Origin: Minutocellus sp. GHC0000111
Taxonomy: Eukaryota
Reading direction: 5' to 3'
Length of the DNA: 64,000 bases
Assembly (NCBI GenBank): GCA_977018835.1
Contig: OZ361257.1
Location: 2,480,001-2,544,000 of the forward strand
This document shows, one piece after another, positions 22,808-34,557 of this stretch; the first letter of the stretch is position 1, and each line of letters opens with the position of its first letter. Below the pieces are notes generated by a model. That model made no database searches. It was given only the letters and a program-made list of their open reading frames with translations, and had not been told where the DNA came from. The position numbers and the translations under genes were made by a program.

Positions 22808-23623
22808 TTGCAATCGAAGTTTGATATCATCGTAGCAAGCAAAGTAAACAGCGAATCCAGGCGCTTGTCGCAACCAAGTGGCCGTAAGACCACGGTAGAG
22901 CCCAGATACCCCACGGGTTTCCCATATTTTCCTCCCGGCATCGAGAGAAGTCGCATATGTTTCTCTTCCTGCTTGCATCCTACATTTTATGTGCTCGGTG
23001 GGAGCAAGTATCAACGATGATATCACTCCAGTTACAGCGCCACAAACAAAATTCTTTTTGATTGAATCTTCCTGACAACTTATTTCTCCTGCAGATCTGT
23101 CGTCACCAGCTTGAAGATATTTGTCCCAAAATCGTGATGCCTCACCAAAAGTGGTGAAAATTTGAGCGTTCACAAAAGCCGCCATTGCGAAGGGTGCGGC
23201 AATTCCTCTCATGAGACCAGTCATGCTAAATGCAGGTGAAGAAGAAGTGCCGGATGCCATCTGCAGCCTGACTTTGATAGAGTCCATTGGATGGCCTATG
23301 ACAATCCCAGCACTCCCGGCTACACCGCCAGCGATAAGGTCATGAATTGCATTCGACTTGGCCTGTTGGCGAGATGCGCCAGCTTGTGCGTGGAGGGGAA
23401 GGGTGATTCTTCTCGCAATATTGGATGGAGAAGTCTCCTGTTCGTCCCAGCATCGCACACCAGTCGCTGACGAGAGTTGCTGGGCATGATATTTGCCGTC
23501 CACGTGGGTTCTGCTTGCGGCGCTCATCAAAACAGTTCACAGTGGTCTTTCGTCTCGTGATACGCCCGCCCTCCCCCCTCCTGAGCTCGGTATATGTACA
23601 AGTAGAATCTACGTCAAGGCAGT
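22808..23623 (-). pseudogene. Inverted 816-bp duplicate of 30098-30913: 5' leader and truncated mitochondrial carrier gene
   Basis: The ORF 22793..23530 translation is identical to ORF 30191..31159 up to DDIKLRLQ, then runs into the MITE. Confidence 0.95.
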
Positions 23624-23635
23624 ACCAGCTGTACA

Positions 23636-24017
23636 GGAAGTTTGTGGGGAGGGATGTCGAGAAGGCTGTATCTGGTCACGCCGCCTTCCTTGTGGGGACA
23701 GTAACATTAGTTCTTTTTGTCATTCCCATTGCCGGCCGATGCCACGGCCTCGTCGTTACCCCCACCGTTGTCATAGTCGTCGTCCTCCCCCCCGGAACTG
23801 CCGGCCTGTTGGTCCCCGGGAGGATCGAGCCCCACGAACGTGTGGTACGCCGCTACATGCTTTCTTCGAGCATCCGGCTCCAAACGGTTCCACCCACCAG
23901 CCACTAAGGGCAACTGGCACTCTGCCCATTTTCCGTTCTCTTTTTCCCGGAACGGAAGTTTGTGGGGAGGGATGTCGAGAAGGCAGTACCTGGTCACGCC
24001 GCCGTCCTTGTGGGGAC
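23636..24017. repeat. 64-bp imperfect direct repeat (23636-23699 and 23954-24017)
   Basis: ggaagtttgtggggagggatgtcgagaaggc...ttgtggggac occurs twice. Confidence 0.85.
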
Positions 24018-25522
24018 GGCTGATGTAGGTCCTGGGTTGCTGCTGGGCAGCAGGCTTCTCTTCCTCCTCTTCCTTTTCCATTTCGAGCAATCTACCCCCA
24101 CCTTGGTCGACGCATTGCGTGGGAGGTATGATACATGTATGAGTAGGGAGCGGAGCCGGAGCGGCGGCGCGGAGGTGTGGTATGGTCCAGCCAAAGACCA
24201 TACCAATTTGTCGGCCCTTCCGCCTGTACGTATGACGCGGCTTCAGCTCAGAATTTCCCCCTCCCTCCTCTCCTGGCAACGGATGGAGACGGCTATGGCG
24301 GGCTCTACTGGTACCACCGCGCTCTCGTATCCGAGGCAGGCACCGAGAATGAGGGCCAAGCGTCGGAGGAGATCAAGGCGGAGATCGTTGCGGCCTTAGC
24401 CTTCCTTGATGGAGAGCTCGACGACGTCGTGATGAATTGAACGGGCAAGATGCTGCCAGGGTCGCTGGACCGACCCCGTAGCGGTCCAAAAAGCCTTCAA
24501 GTCGCAGCCCAAGAAATCGACGATACATACCGCTGTAGTCCTCCAGGACTCGGCCAGTCTTTCGGCCGAGGCCAAGGCCCTGCTGGTCAGCTACGTACTG
24601 GCGTGGACTCGCCGCCAGCGGAATGAAGGACGTCGTCATCAAGATCTACGCCTCCTACCTCCTACACCACTGGTAATGGCAAGAAGAAGGAGGCGCGCAA
24701 AAGGGCCAACCTCAACCTCGACAGTATAGAGAAGTTCGATGGCGGCGTTTCCGGAGCATGCCTTGAGATCGGTGTCGTGGCCAAGCGGTGGTCGGCCTTG
24801 ACCTGACCCAACCCTCCACCAACAAGGAGGCATTCAAAAGGCCAAGGACTTCCGGGATGTGGAAAAAGCAGATGCTGATGGCCATCATTCTCGACTGCAG
24901 CAGCAACGACAGGGACAGGCTCGTCATGGGTAACTGGTGGCGATCGCTGTGCGTGGAAGCCTAAGACAGGCAGTGGAAGAAGATGAAGGCTTTTAAACGA
25001 GCCCCAACCAATACCAGTGACCGTCTCATCGTTGGACGGCCGCGGCGTGAGCTGCTTTGGGTCTGCCCGAGCACGTGGGGCGAGCAGCCAACGATCAAGG
25101 CTATTGGCAATAATATCTACGTACCAATAAATGGTATAATTGTGTACTTAGGCGATTGTGATGTTATTTGTATGCTTGAGGTAGCCATGTTTGAATATTT
25201 TAATCACCACACGGAGAATCTCTCTTCTCCCAATGACATCTCGATATCTCGATTACACAATTCAGCCATTGATCACAGCCAGTGAGTTGCCATATCCATC
25301 CTACAGGACCCCCCCCCCCAAAATACACTCTTTGAGCCTAAAATCAATACCACGGTACTCTGGCGGGCAGTGGAGGGCGCAACGGAACGGAACAGAAACG
25401 GACCTAACACATGAAAACCAGGGACATGACAGCTCCCATCAGGACTGGTATGTAAGGTGATGACTGATAGCATTAAACTAAGCTATTCGTTTTTGCTCAA
25501 CTCAACCAAGCAGAAGACAATT

Positions 25523-26345
25523 ATCCCTGCACGACGGTGACCTTGGTTGGCGTCGCCGGCTCCCGTCTTAGCTCCGTTCTCATCGAGACAGCATGGTCGA
25601 CGATCAGAACCATCAGTCCAGTCACCAAGGATACTACCTATCGATTGACCTTGCATGTCCACAGCTTAGAGCGACGGCAGAAGACATTGAGACCAAGCCC
25701 AACGCTCATCAGTATCATCCCTGCACGACGGTGACCTTGGTTGGCGTCGCCGGCTCCCGTCTTAGCTCCATTCTCATCAAGATAGCCATGGTCGACGATC
25801 AGAACCATCAGTCCAGTCACCAAGGATACTACCTATCGATTGACCTTGCATGTCCACAGCTTAGAGCGACGGCAGAAGACATTGAGACCAAGCCCAACGC
25901 TCATCAGTATCATCCCTGCACGACGGTGACCTTGGTAGGCGTCGCCGGCTCCCGTCTTAGCTCCGTTCTCATCAAGATAGCCATGGTCGACAAGCTGACA
26001 CCAATCCAGTCACCAAGGATACTACCTATCGATTGACCTTGCATGTCCACAGCTTAGAGCGACGGCAGAAGACATTGAGACCAAGCCCAACGCTCATCAG
26101 TATCATCCCTGCACGACGGTGACCTTGGTTGGCGTCGCCGGCTCCCGTCTTAGCTCCGTTCTCATCAAGGTGGCCATGGTCGACGATCAGAACCATCAGT
26201 CCAGTCACCAAGGATACTACCTATCGATTGACCTTGCATGTCCACAGCTTAGAGCGACGGCAGAAGACATTGAGACCAAGCCCAACGCTCATCAGTATCA
26301 TCCCTGCACGACGGTGACCTTGGCTCCCGTCGTAGCTCCGTTCAC
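25523..26345. repeat. Tandem array of ~195-bp units, 4 copies plus a partial
   Basis: atccctgcacgacggtgacc recurs at 25523, 25717, 25912, 26105 and 26300; units are near-identical. Confidence 0.95.
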
Positions 26346-26550
26346 ATCATGATGGATCTCTTCCAAGGATTTTGAGGTGGATAACATTCACCTATTTGTT
26401 ATGTCACATTAGTCAATAAAAAAAAGTAATTGGAAAGTTTGTCCAAGGAAAGGGAGTGTACAATTTTTTGTCGGCGATGATCAAGTATGTTGAGAAATAC
26501 GCACTTGGTTCCATATCAAACGTCGATGATAACAGCCCAAGTGAAATCCC

Positions 26551-27901
26551 TCATCGCTTACCCCTCACCCACTCGGTGATTAGCAATCGAGCCAGACTGG
26601 CAGGGCCTGGTACGTGAAATTCTGCCTCCTCGTTATTAGGCTCAAAGTCTAGTGCAGACGATCCCCTCCCTTCCACCAAGCCACGCTCACGCACGTATTC
26701 CTTAGAGAACCACTGCGCATCTTCCAATTCGGCGGGATCAATCGATATTGAAGGAAGGTCGTCAATACCCGATGATGTTTTACATGTAGTTGCCGTTGCG
26801 TGATAACCCAGCATCATGCTGCGGGGAAAGGGCCAAGGTTGCGAAGCCGAGAATCGAATCGACGTCGGATCAACTCTGACACCGGACTCCTCCAACGTCT
26901 CCCTCACCACGCACTCCTCAAGCGTCTCGCCGACCTCCACAAAGCCTGCAAGGGTAGAGTATCGTCCTGACGGCCATGATTTCTTTCTCTCCAACAAGGC
27001 ATAGTTACGACACGGACTGGTAACGAGCAGGATCGATGCGTGGGTAGACGCTTGCGCCACAGGCATCGGCAGAGCACTTCCTTGCCGACCCGGCCTTGAT
27101 TTGCTTCGTCGGCGAACCACACCTGGTGCAGAAGCGATGACTTGCATGGAAACTGAGCAGCCCATTCGCCGTGGCGAGCAAAGCGGCGTGACTTCTAGAG
27201 GGCATTGCATCTCCATAGTTTCGAACTGCCGCAGATTCGACGGCGCAATCCCCGTCATCATTTCGAACAAAAGACTCCAAGTCCACGTGAGAAGGAATGT
27301 CCAAGGCAAAGTAGTCTGCCGAATTGTCATCATCAGTAGCCGATTCTTGCCCACCAAGCCATGATATGGTGGCATCATCGTTGAACCAACTGGGATCGCA
27401 TTCTTCATATCTGAGAAAAAGTGGTTCGACGATACCGTCCTTACTGCCAGCTCGCTTTACAAATACTTTGCCGTTCTGGAAAGGAATTATGCGGGAGGTT
27501 GGACGGGCGAGGACATCGGAGAGGGTAGGAGATAAACATACCCCGCCGCCATCACCTTCTTCGTCTAACCGATAATCGAATCCTCGATCGGATGGAATCA
27601 CATGCGACCGATCCCGCAGAATGGTCGGGTCGGAATACCACGGCGGAACTGGAACGGAGGGAATCGTCTCGTTATCTATTGTGGCCTTGGTCTCCGCGGC
27701 GAGTTGGGTTGCAAGTCGTTTGCTTGTGCGAGTAGTACGTGGTGATGGCGGTCGGCCGAGACTGACGGTGCTGAAAGAGAATGCCAAAGCGACAAAGGAT
27801 GTCTTGGGGCTACTGGCAGTGCCGACGAAGAGGAGCAACGACAAGAGAAGTGCCGCCACCTGTGATGGGCACGGACAGCAGCAGCAGCGAAGAGGCGCCA
27901 T
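26551..27901 (-). pseudogene. NADH pyrophosphatase (NudC/NUDT12-13-like NUDIX hydrolase), frameshifted at about 27030-27040
   Basis: Zinc ribbon HRFCTRCG...CGASVYPRID in one frame. LAGFVEVGETLEECVVRETLEESGV and SQPWPFPRS in another frame. Confidence 0.88.
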
Positions 27902-28154
27902 GTTATTTCGAGTGCAATGAAAGAATGAGGTGGATTGCAATGCTCTGCCGTGCAGTGGCCATGCACTCCCTCTTGATTTTCGTTCGTCCAGCGTCCGTTC
28001 CAGGCAATGTCTGCTCTATCTATCTGGCGCTCTGGCTCTCGCCGCCGCCGCCGCCATCTACTACAGTACTACTACTACTGTATCAGCCACAAGTTGATTA
28101 CTTGGTCCTATTAATACGCTGGACTAGCTAGTACTACGTAGTAAGAGTCGTCGA

Positions 28155-29801
28155 ATGCGACACATGCTTCGTTTTTGTGTTCTGGCCACTTGTTCTGTCC
28201 GAACAATCAGCACAACCAGCGCAACCAGAAGCACCACCGCCTTTCTTCCGATCTCCCGCCTTCACTGGTCCACCAGCACAACAAGCGCAACCAGAAGCCC
28301 CAAAAGCACTTCTGCCTTTCATTCAACTCCCTGCCTTCACGGGTCGATTTCCGCGAGTAGAATATCGCCAATCTCTCTCGCCATGTCTTCCTCGGCATCT
28401 TCAACGCCAGTTATGAAACTTCCTCATGCTCCCCATCGGTATCTGAGCCGCCCCGATACTTTGGACCTGACTGACCTAGAGAAGCAGATCAATTCTGCCG
28501 ATGATAGACGCCAAACGGCGTTTGACCTGTCGAGAAAAGTTGGCGTTGCCCTGACGAAATGCAAAGCCGCGTCGGAGGTTGGTGGTGATGTCCAGCTCAC
28601 CGCAGATGCCGAACTGGATAGCTTGATGGAGGAGGTATTTGCAAAAACAGCTTCTGATGGTGACACGAGGAAGCCTCGTGATGGCAATTTGTCCTACAAG
28701 GTTGAAGATTACCTACGCTACAAAGGATACTGTCATTTCTTATCTACCGGCAAGCTGATTCCATCCTCGTCGTTCCCGAGTGCGACCGATGAGGAATATC
28801 TCGCTGGCGTTTGCATTGGGTTGGCGCAAGATCTCGCGAGATATGGAGTCGGGAGGGCGACGGTTCGAGATGCCGACAGCGTGTCGATTGCTCGCGATCT
28901 GGTGAGCGACCTAATGACATATCTGCTCAAGTTTGATTTCAGGAACGGCCCACTCCGACGCAAGTACGACGGGGTCAAGTATGCCCTCAAGACTATTGAA
29001 ACCGTGCTCTATGAGTTATCTGTGACTGGATCTGAAATTGACATCCAGATGAAGGATTCGACCAAAGATGACGAGGCGAGCCATCGTCTGCCCAATGAAG
29101 AGTTGGAAGCCCTGCGCCTGCGAATGGAACGTCGCGATGAGCTTCGTGAAAAGTTGATCAAGCGATGCCGCGATGGTCAAAAGGCGGCCAAGCAGTCCAT
29201 CTTTGCGCTCCATCGCGGCGACAAAGCGAAATCTGAGAAGCTAATCCAAGAATGCGAGAGTTGCATTGACGACCTACTCCCTATTGTGAAGGAAGAGCCG
29301 GCTCTTTGATATGGTTCGTTTTCCAATGTTTTGGAGGAACTCGTGGAAGCGAGGCTGTATTATTCCTGGTTATATGGCAAAGATGGAAGCAACGAGGACA
29401 AATCACCATCTGGCACTATCCTTTCCATCTCCGATTTCACTGCCATTGATCTTGATCTTGAACCAGAGGATTATCTTGGAGGTATTTGCGATCTAACAGG
29501 TGAAGTAGGAAGATTTGCTGTCCAGCAGGGTACAAGTAGGAACACTCAAGCCGTCACTCTTTGCCTCGAGACGAATCTTTCCATCCTTCTCTCGCTCCAG
29601 GGATTGAGCAGGTTCCCTTCTGGAGGCTCCTTAGGAAAGAAGATGAACCCCCTTCGAATGTCGGTGGAAAAACTGGAGCGAATGCTGTATGAGCTGTCGC
29701 TTGTCGAAGCGACCGGAGGGACAAGGAAAATTGCAGTTGAAAGTGGAATGAAGCAGCAGCAATCGAAGGATGATGGTGCCGGCGGTGAAGATTCAGTGTA
29801 A
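28155..29801 (+). pseudogene. Translin/TRAX-family protein with two tandem translin domains; in-frame TGA at 29307-29309
   Basis: EEYLAG...GPLRRKYDGVKY, then RELLIKRCRDG-like motif (REKLIKRCRDGQKAAK) ...EDYLGGICDLTGEVGR. The frame reads EEPAL*YGSFSNVLEELVEARL. Confidence 0.85.
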
Positions 29802-30193
29802 ACATACATTTTTTTTAAAGTTCAATCTACCGTTCGTTGGCACAAGCTTGATTGATTGAAGACAACAGGTACAATAGACATACAGATGTCTACCCATAAA
29901 GGACAGCATGTTAAAGGAATAGGAATCCTACGAGCTCGTAGAATCTACGGTCCGCCGACTTTGCAAATCATCATCAGCTTGCAAGTTTGAAGAATTTTTC
30001 ACCGATGTCGCGAGCCAGGTCTGTCAGTCTCCCGTCCCTGACTCATCATTGGCATTTTTCAATTTCTTTGTTAGCGTACCAGCTGTATGTACCAAGCACT
30101 GCCTTGACGTAGATTCTACTTGTACATATACCGAGCTCAGGAGGGGGGAGGGCGGGCGTATCACGAGACGAAAGACCACTGTGAACTGTTTTG

Positions 30194-31206
30194 ATGAGCG
30201 CCGCAAGCAGAACCCACGTGGACGGCAAATATCATGCCCAGCAACTCTCGTCAGCGACTGGTGTGCGATGCTGGGACGAACAGGAGACTTCTCCATCCAA
30301 TATTGCGAGAAGAATCACCCTTCCCCTCCACGCACAAGCTGGCGCATCTCGCCAACAGGCCAAGTCGAATGCAATTCATGACCTTATCGCTGGCGGTGTA
30401 GCCGGGAGTGCTGGGATTGTCATAGGCCATCCAATGGACTCTATCAAAGTCAGGCTGCAGATGGCATCCGGCACTTCTTCTTCACCTGCATTTAGCATGA
30501 CTGGTCTCATGAGAGGAATTGCCGCACCCTTCGCAATGGCGGCTTTTGTGAACGCTCAAATTTTCACCACTTTTGGTGAGGCATCACGATTTTGGGACAA
30601 ATATCTTCAAGCTGGTGACGACAGATCTGCAGGAGAAATAAGTTGTCAGGAAGATTCAATCAAAAAGAATTTTGTTTGTGGCGCTGTAACTGGAGTGATA
30701 TCATCGTTGATACTTGCTCCCACCGAGCACATAAAATGTAGGATGCAAGCAGGAAGAGAAACATATGCGACTTCTCTCGATGCCGGGAGGAAAATATGGG
30801 AAACCCGTGGGGTATCTGGGCTCTACCGTGGTCTTACGGCCACTTGGTTGCGACAAGCGCCTGGATTCGCTGTTTACTTTGCTTGCTACGATGATATCAA
30901 ACTTCGATTGCAACGGTCGTTGGGAGAGAGTTGGGCTGCACCAATTCTTGCAGGAGGCACTGCAGGCTCATTGAGCTGGGCTGTAGTTTACCCAATTGAT
31001 TTGATAAAGTCGAGGATCCAAGTACTGCCTCTTGACGCTCCGAAATCGGAGCGATCGATGTGGAATATTGCAAGAGACATCCATCAAAAGGGGGGTTGGA
31101 GATCATTATATCGGGGCTTGACATCACGGTTCTGCGCGCATTTCCCGTCAATGGTGTAATTTTTCCTACATATGAGCTGACCTTGGCGTTCCTAAAGAAT
31201 AGATAA
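30194..31206 (+). pseudogene. Mitochondrial carrier (SLC25, carnitine/basic amino acid carrier-like) with a 1-nt frameshift in the G-run at 31113-31116
   Basis: Three Px[DE]xxKxR signatures (HPMDSIKVR, APTEHIKCR, YPIDLIKSR). The final helix [15 protein letters not shown] lies in a shifted frame. Could be a homopolymer assembly error. Confidence 0.85.
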
Positions 31207-31221
31207 ACCATATTATAGACC

Positions 31222-31222
<1 letters not shown>

Positions 31223-31265
<43 letters not shown>

Positions 31266-31273
31266 ATATATAT
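31223..31273. repeat. (TA)n microsatellite
   Basis: Directly visible. Confidence 0.95.
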
Positions 31274-31388
31274 TAATGTATGTGCCGTATCTTTTGCTTC
31301 CTCGCTTTGTTGTTTTCGACATGCCGTCAGATAGAAATCCTACCCGTCCGCGGTCATCAGCCTCATTTATTTTCTCGTGCGCCCAACC

Positions 31389-33065
31389 ATGCTACCCACC
31401 GAACCGGGCATAGCGCCTGGCGCCAGCCAATCGCGCCGCAGGCGGCGAGCTGGAGCCGATACCACAAGCGGAGATGCATCGGCTGGCAGGGGCCGAATGA
31501 CACAAGAAGATGTACCACCACCGCCACCACCCCCACCGCCTCCTCCTCCCCCACCTCCGAGGAACGGTGCACCTCCCCAGCCAAAGCAGCAGCAGCACGA
31601 ACTAGCGTCGAATGCATCGCTGGATTCGTCGATTGCCTCTTCTGTACGAAAAGATGCAGAGATTATCATGAATTTGGTGAAGAGTGGGAATGGTGGAAGC
31701 GCCGCTGGTAGCTCGATAGCTGCATCGCCAGCACATCATGTGCCATCTTCGTCCAGCGGTGCAGGAGTGACTAATCGAAACGCACATCATGGCGATTCAT
31801 CAACCAGCAGTTCTTTGGCATCCCCTACTCGCACAACTCAGCCGCTGCACATATCTGCTGTGGCATCGCCAGACCAGCTGCCGAGAGTGGCCCGGAAGCA
31901 GAATCGTCATCGACACGGTCTTGGCGTCGGTGCCGCCCCCTCCTCGGCGGTATCGGAACCTCCGCTCGGACTGGCCGACAGCTCGGTCTTTGCCCGCGCT
32001 AGCGTGTCCGACGGTCCTGACTCGGGTGGCAGTTCCAATGGGAAGATACGGCGCGGCGGTGGTGGTGCTGGCAGGGGCATGAGTTCCGATCCCTTCTACA
32101 TCGCACCGACGCGGGAGCTGCTGTTGTCGCAATACATGGTGGGCGACAAGCAGTACCAGGACTTTTTGCTGTATGGCAAGGAATACAAGGACGACAGCCT
32201 GCCCGGGTATGACTGCGGCGGTGTCCGCCTGACGCCCCAAAGCGCCGCCAGGATGTGCGCCGGTTGGAGTGCTGTGGGGATGATCTTCATGCTTTGGGCC
32301 GGCCTGATGATCCAATGCCAGCCGCTGTATTTGAAGGGGATTGACTACAATTCTGGGTTTGTGAAGCGCTCCAGTAGCAACGTGAACAATTATAATGGCA
32401 ACGGCGACTATGCTGGTGAGCAGGTGCAGAATCAACAACAGACGAATGATCAGCAGCAGCAGTACAACAACTACGCCGGGCAGGGTAGTGGGAGTGGACG
32501 TCGTCCAATTCGTCCACAGGCCTCCAATGCCTTCAAGGCGGCGGCAGCATACTTTGTGACCATGGTCTTTAGTTTGATATGCTATCACAATCACGAGCAG
32601 ATGGGCGATTTGACGACGGCTGTGCTGCCCCGATGGCGAGTATTGCTCAACGTGCGACAGAACTGTATTGTGGCATATCATCAGTACCGGAGGAGGCATT
32701 ATACCGACATACCCGATACACCCTCCAAGGGTGCTGGTGGACGGCGAAGACGGCGAAAGAAGAAGGGCGGGGAGGATGGAGAATTGCCCCTCTTTCAATC
32801 TGCCAGCAGTGAAACCACCCGAAGGCGAAGAGTCGGAGGTGGCAGTGGTGGACCAGGATCGGGTTCGGGCAGTGGATTCAGCGGTGCCGATGATGGTGAC
32901 GATAGTGATGTGGGATCCTTACCGCTTTACAGCTCAGCAGACGGCAACCATAACAACAATGCCGCTGAGAACTTCACTCGGGAGCTTTGGAACAAGGTCA
33001 AGGGTGGAATGCGCAGCCCGTTGAGTCGACGGAGAGGGAGAGACACCAAGACCAAGCACGTGTGA
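31389..33065 (+). CDS. Low-complexity membrane protein with an RNase kappa (V-ATPase subunit f)-like two-TM core
   Basis: CAGWSAVGMIFMLWAGLMIQCQPLYL...ASNAFKAAAAYFVTMVFS, flanked by poly-P/Q/G tracts. Confidence 0.6.
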   Translation: MLPTEPGIAPGASQSRRRRRAGADTTSGDASAGRGRMTQEDVPPPPPPPPPPPPPPPRNGAPPQPKQQQHELASNASLDSSIASSVRKDAEIIMNLVKSGNGGSAAGSSIAASPAHHVPSSSSGAGVTNRNAHHGDSSTSSSLASPTRTTQPLHISAVASPDQLPRVARKQNRHRHGLGVGAAPSSAVSEPPLGLADSSVFARASVSDGPDSGGSSNGKIRRGGGGAGRGMSSDPFYIAPTRELLLSQYMVGDKQYQDFLLYGKEYKDDSLPGYDCGGVRLTPQSAARMCAGWSAVGMIFMLWAGLMIQCQPLYLKGIDYNSGFVKRSSSNVNNYNGNGDYAGEQVQNQQQTNDQQQQYNNYAGQGSGSGRRPIRPQASNAFKAAAAYFVTMVFSLICYHNHEQMGDLTTAVLPRWRVLLNVRQNCIVAYHQYRRRHYTDIPDTPSKGAGGRRRRRKKKGGEDGELPLFQSASSETTRRRRVGGGSGGPGSGSGSGFSGADDGDDSDVGSLPLYSSADGNHNNNAAENFTRELWNKVKGGMRSPLSRRRGRDTKTKHV

Positions 33066-33635
33066 TGCTTGGTTTTTGGTTTGTAGAAACTCATATGCTA
33101 TCATAGACCAATGCTTGGAGTTATCGAATGAATTTGTAGCTCTCTAGGTCAGTCTTTTGTATTGCATGGAGCACGGGGCGGAGGCGAAGTGAGAGACGGA
33201 GAGGCATTTTTCTCATCATCGTACGTACATACATGTACGTAACATGTGTTCTTCGTCCCGTTGTTTATCTGATCCCGATTATTGTAAGACACCCGGCCAA
33301 GTAAGCCGATAACAAAAATGGACGCAACACAAAATGCGAAGGTGAGACCAACCATGGAAGAAGCTGCCGCTGCTGAGCTGTTGATCGTCGAAGACACAGA
33401 GCATCGACGCATCGCGAACGAATATATTTCAATTGGCCATATCGATATTTCGTCTCATGGCGTGCTCGTATCGAAATTTTGCGCGGAATTGGTGCCACGG
33501 CTGGAGGTACCCAATAGGTTATGTGCCCACAGATTGTATCTCACCATTGTCGTCTTCATCTCGTCCCACTCTTGTATTCCTCCTCACAGCATATATTTGT
33601 TTGGTTTTTATTGATATTTGAGGGAATTAGAAACC

Positions 33636-34382
33636 ATGACTGTCAAGAGACGCAACCACGGCAGAAATAAGAAGGGACGCGGACACGTCAAGCGTGTCAG
33701 GTACGTTCAAAGTTGCCACGACGGGAGCGGGAGGAGATTAGTCAAGATGGGTACGAGGGCCATGGCAGCGGATAAGGGGAAAAGCGGGTTGGATATGTGG
33801 AACTGGAGTTTACTGTGAAGAAGACCGCTCTTTGTGGGACTGCTGAACAGATGAGTTTGTGGCGCTAGCAGCACCACATAGCAGAAATCATTTTCGGTCG
33901 TCGAGGAGAGCCAAGTAAAGTATGGACGGGAGTCGCTCTTGGCCTTCGGCGAGAATGACCAATTGTGGAGCGGCGTGTGCTCTCCATAAAAATTCACTGT
34001 GGTGACTGCGTGGTAGTTTACGGTCCGATGGTGCAGTGCTGGTGCTCTTGAGTTGCGAAGATATATTCCCTCCGACTTTTTAATTTACTAACTTTTCTCT
34101 CTTCTCCCAACGCCTCAATCACACCACAGGTGCGCTTCTACCGGCAAGGCCATCCCCAAGGACAAGGCCATCAAGCGCTTCATCGTCCGTAACATCGTTG
34201 ATGCCTCCTCCCTTCGTGATATCAAGGATGCCTCCGCCTACCAGGAGTACCAGCTCCCCAAGCTTTACCTCAAGATGTACTACTGCGTTGAGGCCGCCGT
34301 CCATCAGCGTATCGTCCGTGGTCGCTCCAGGGCCGACCGTCGTATCCGCACTCCCCCTGAGAGAAAGTTCTCCCGCAAATAA
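33636..34382 (+). CDS. RPS26: 40S ribosomal protein S26 (eS26); exons 33636-33700 and 34130-34382
   Basis: [48 protein letters not shown]...AG intron with a tactaac branch point; frame intact. Confidence 0.95.
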
Positions 34383-34557
34383 ATTGGATATATATTAGGA
34401 TGAGGAGAAAGTTAGAGCTTGGGAAGCACAAAACAAATGGTAGCAGGAGCACATCACAAAAACATGTTGACCATGAGTGTGGTGGTTTGCGAATGCTTAT
34501 GAAGATACTGTAAAGCTAGCTTTGTTCTTATCTTATTGAATGATATATACACGTCTA

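Noticed and set aside
25523..26345. CRISPR array
   Set aside because: Whole ~195-bp units repeat with no unique spacers, there are no cas genes, and the context is eukaryotic.
17974..29309. Selenocysteine at the in-frame TGA codons
   Set aside because: The positions are not Cys-equivalent redox sites, these are not selenoprotein families, and I recognised no SECIS element.
33318..33614. ORF upstream of RPS26
   Set aside because: No recognisable motif or downstream exon; cannot be supported as a gene.
33818..33860. U3 snoRNA-like start (aagaccgctcttt) in the RPS26 intron
   Set aside because: Only a short resemblance; downstream boxes were not found.
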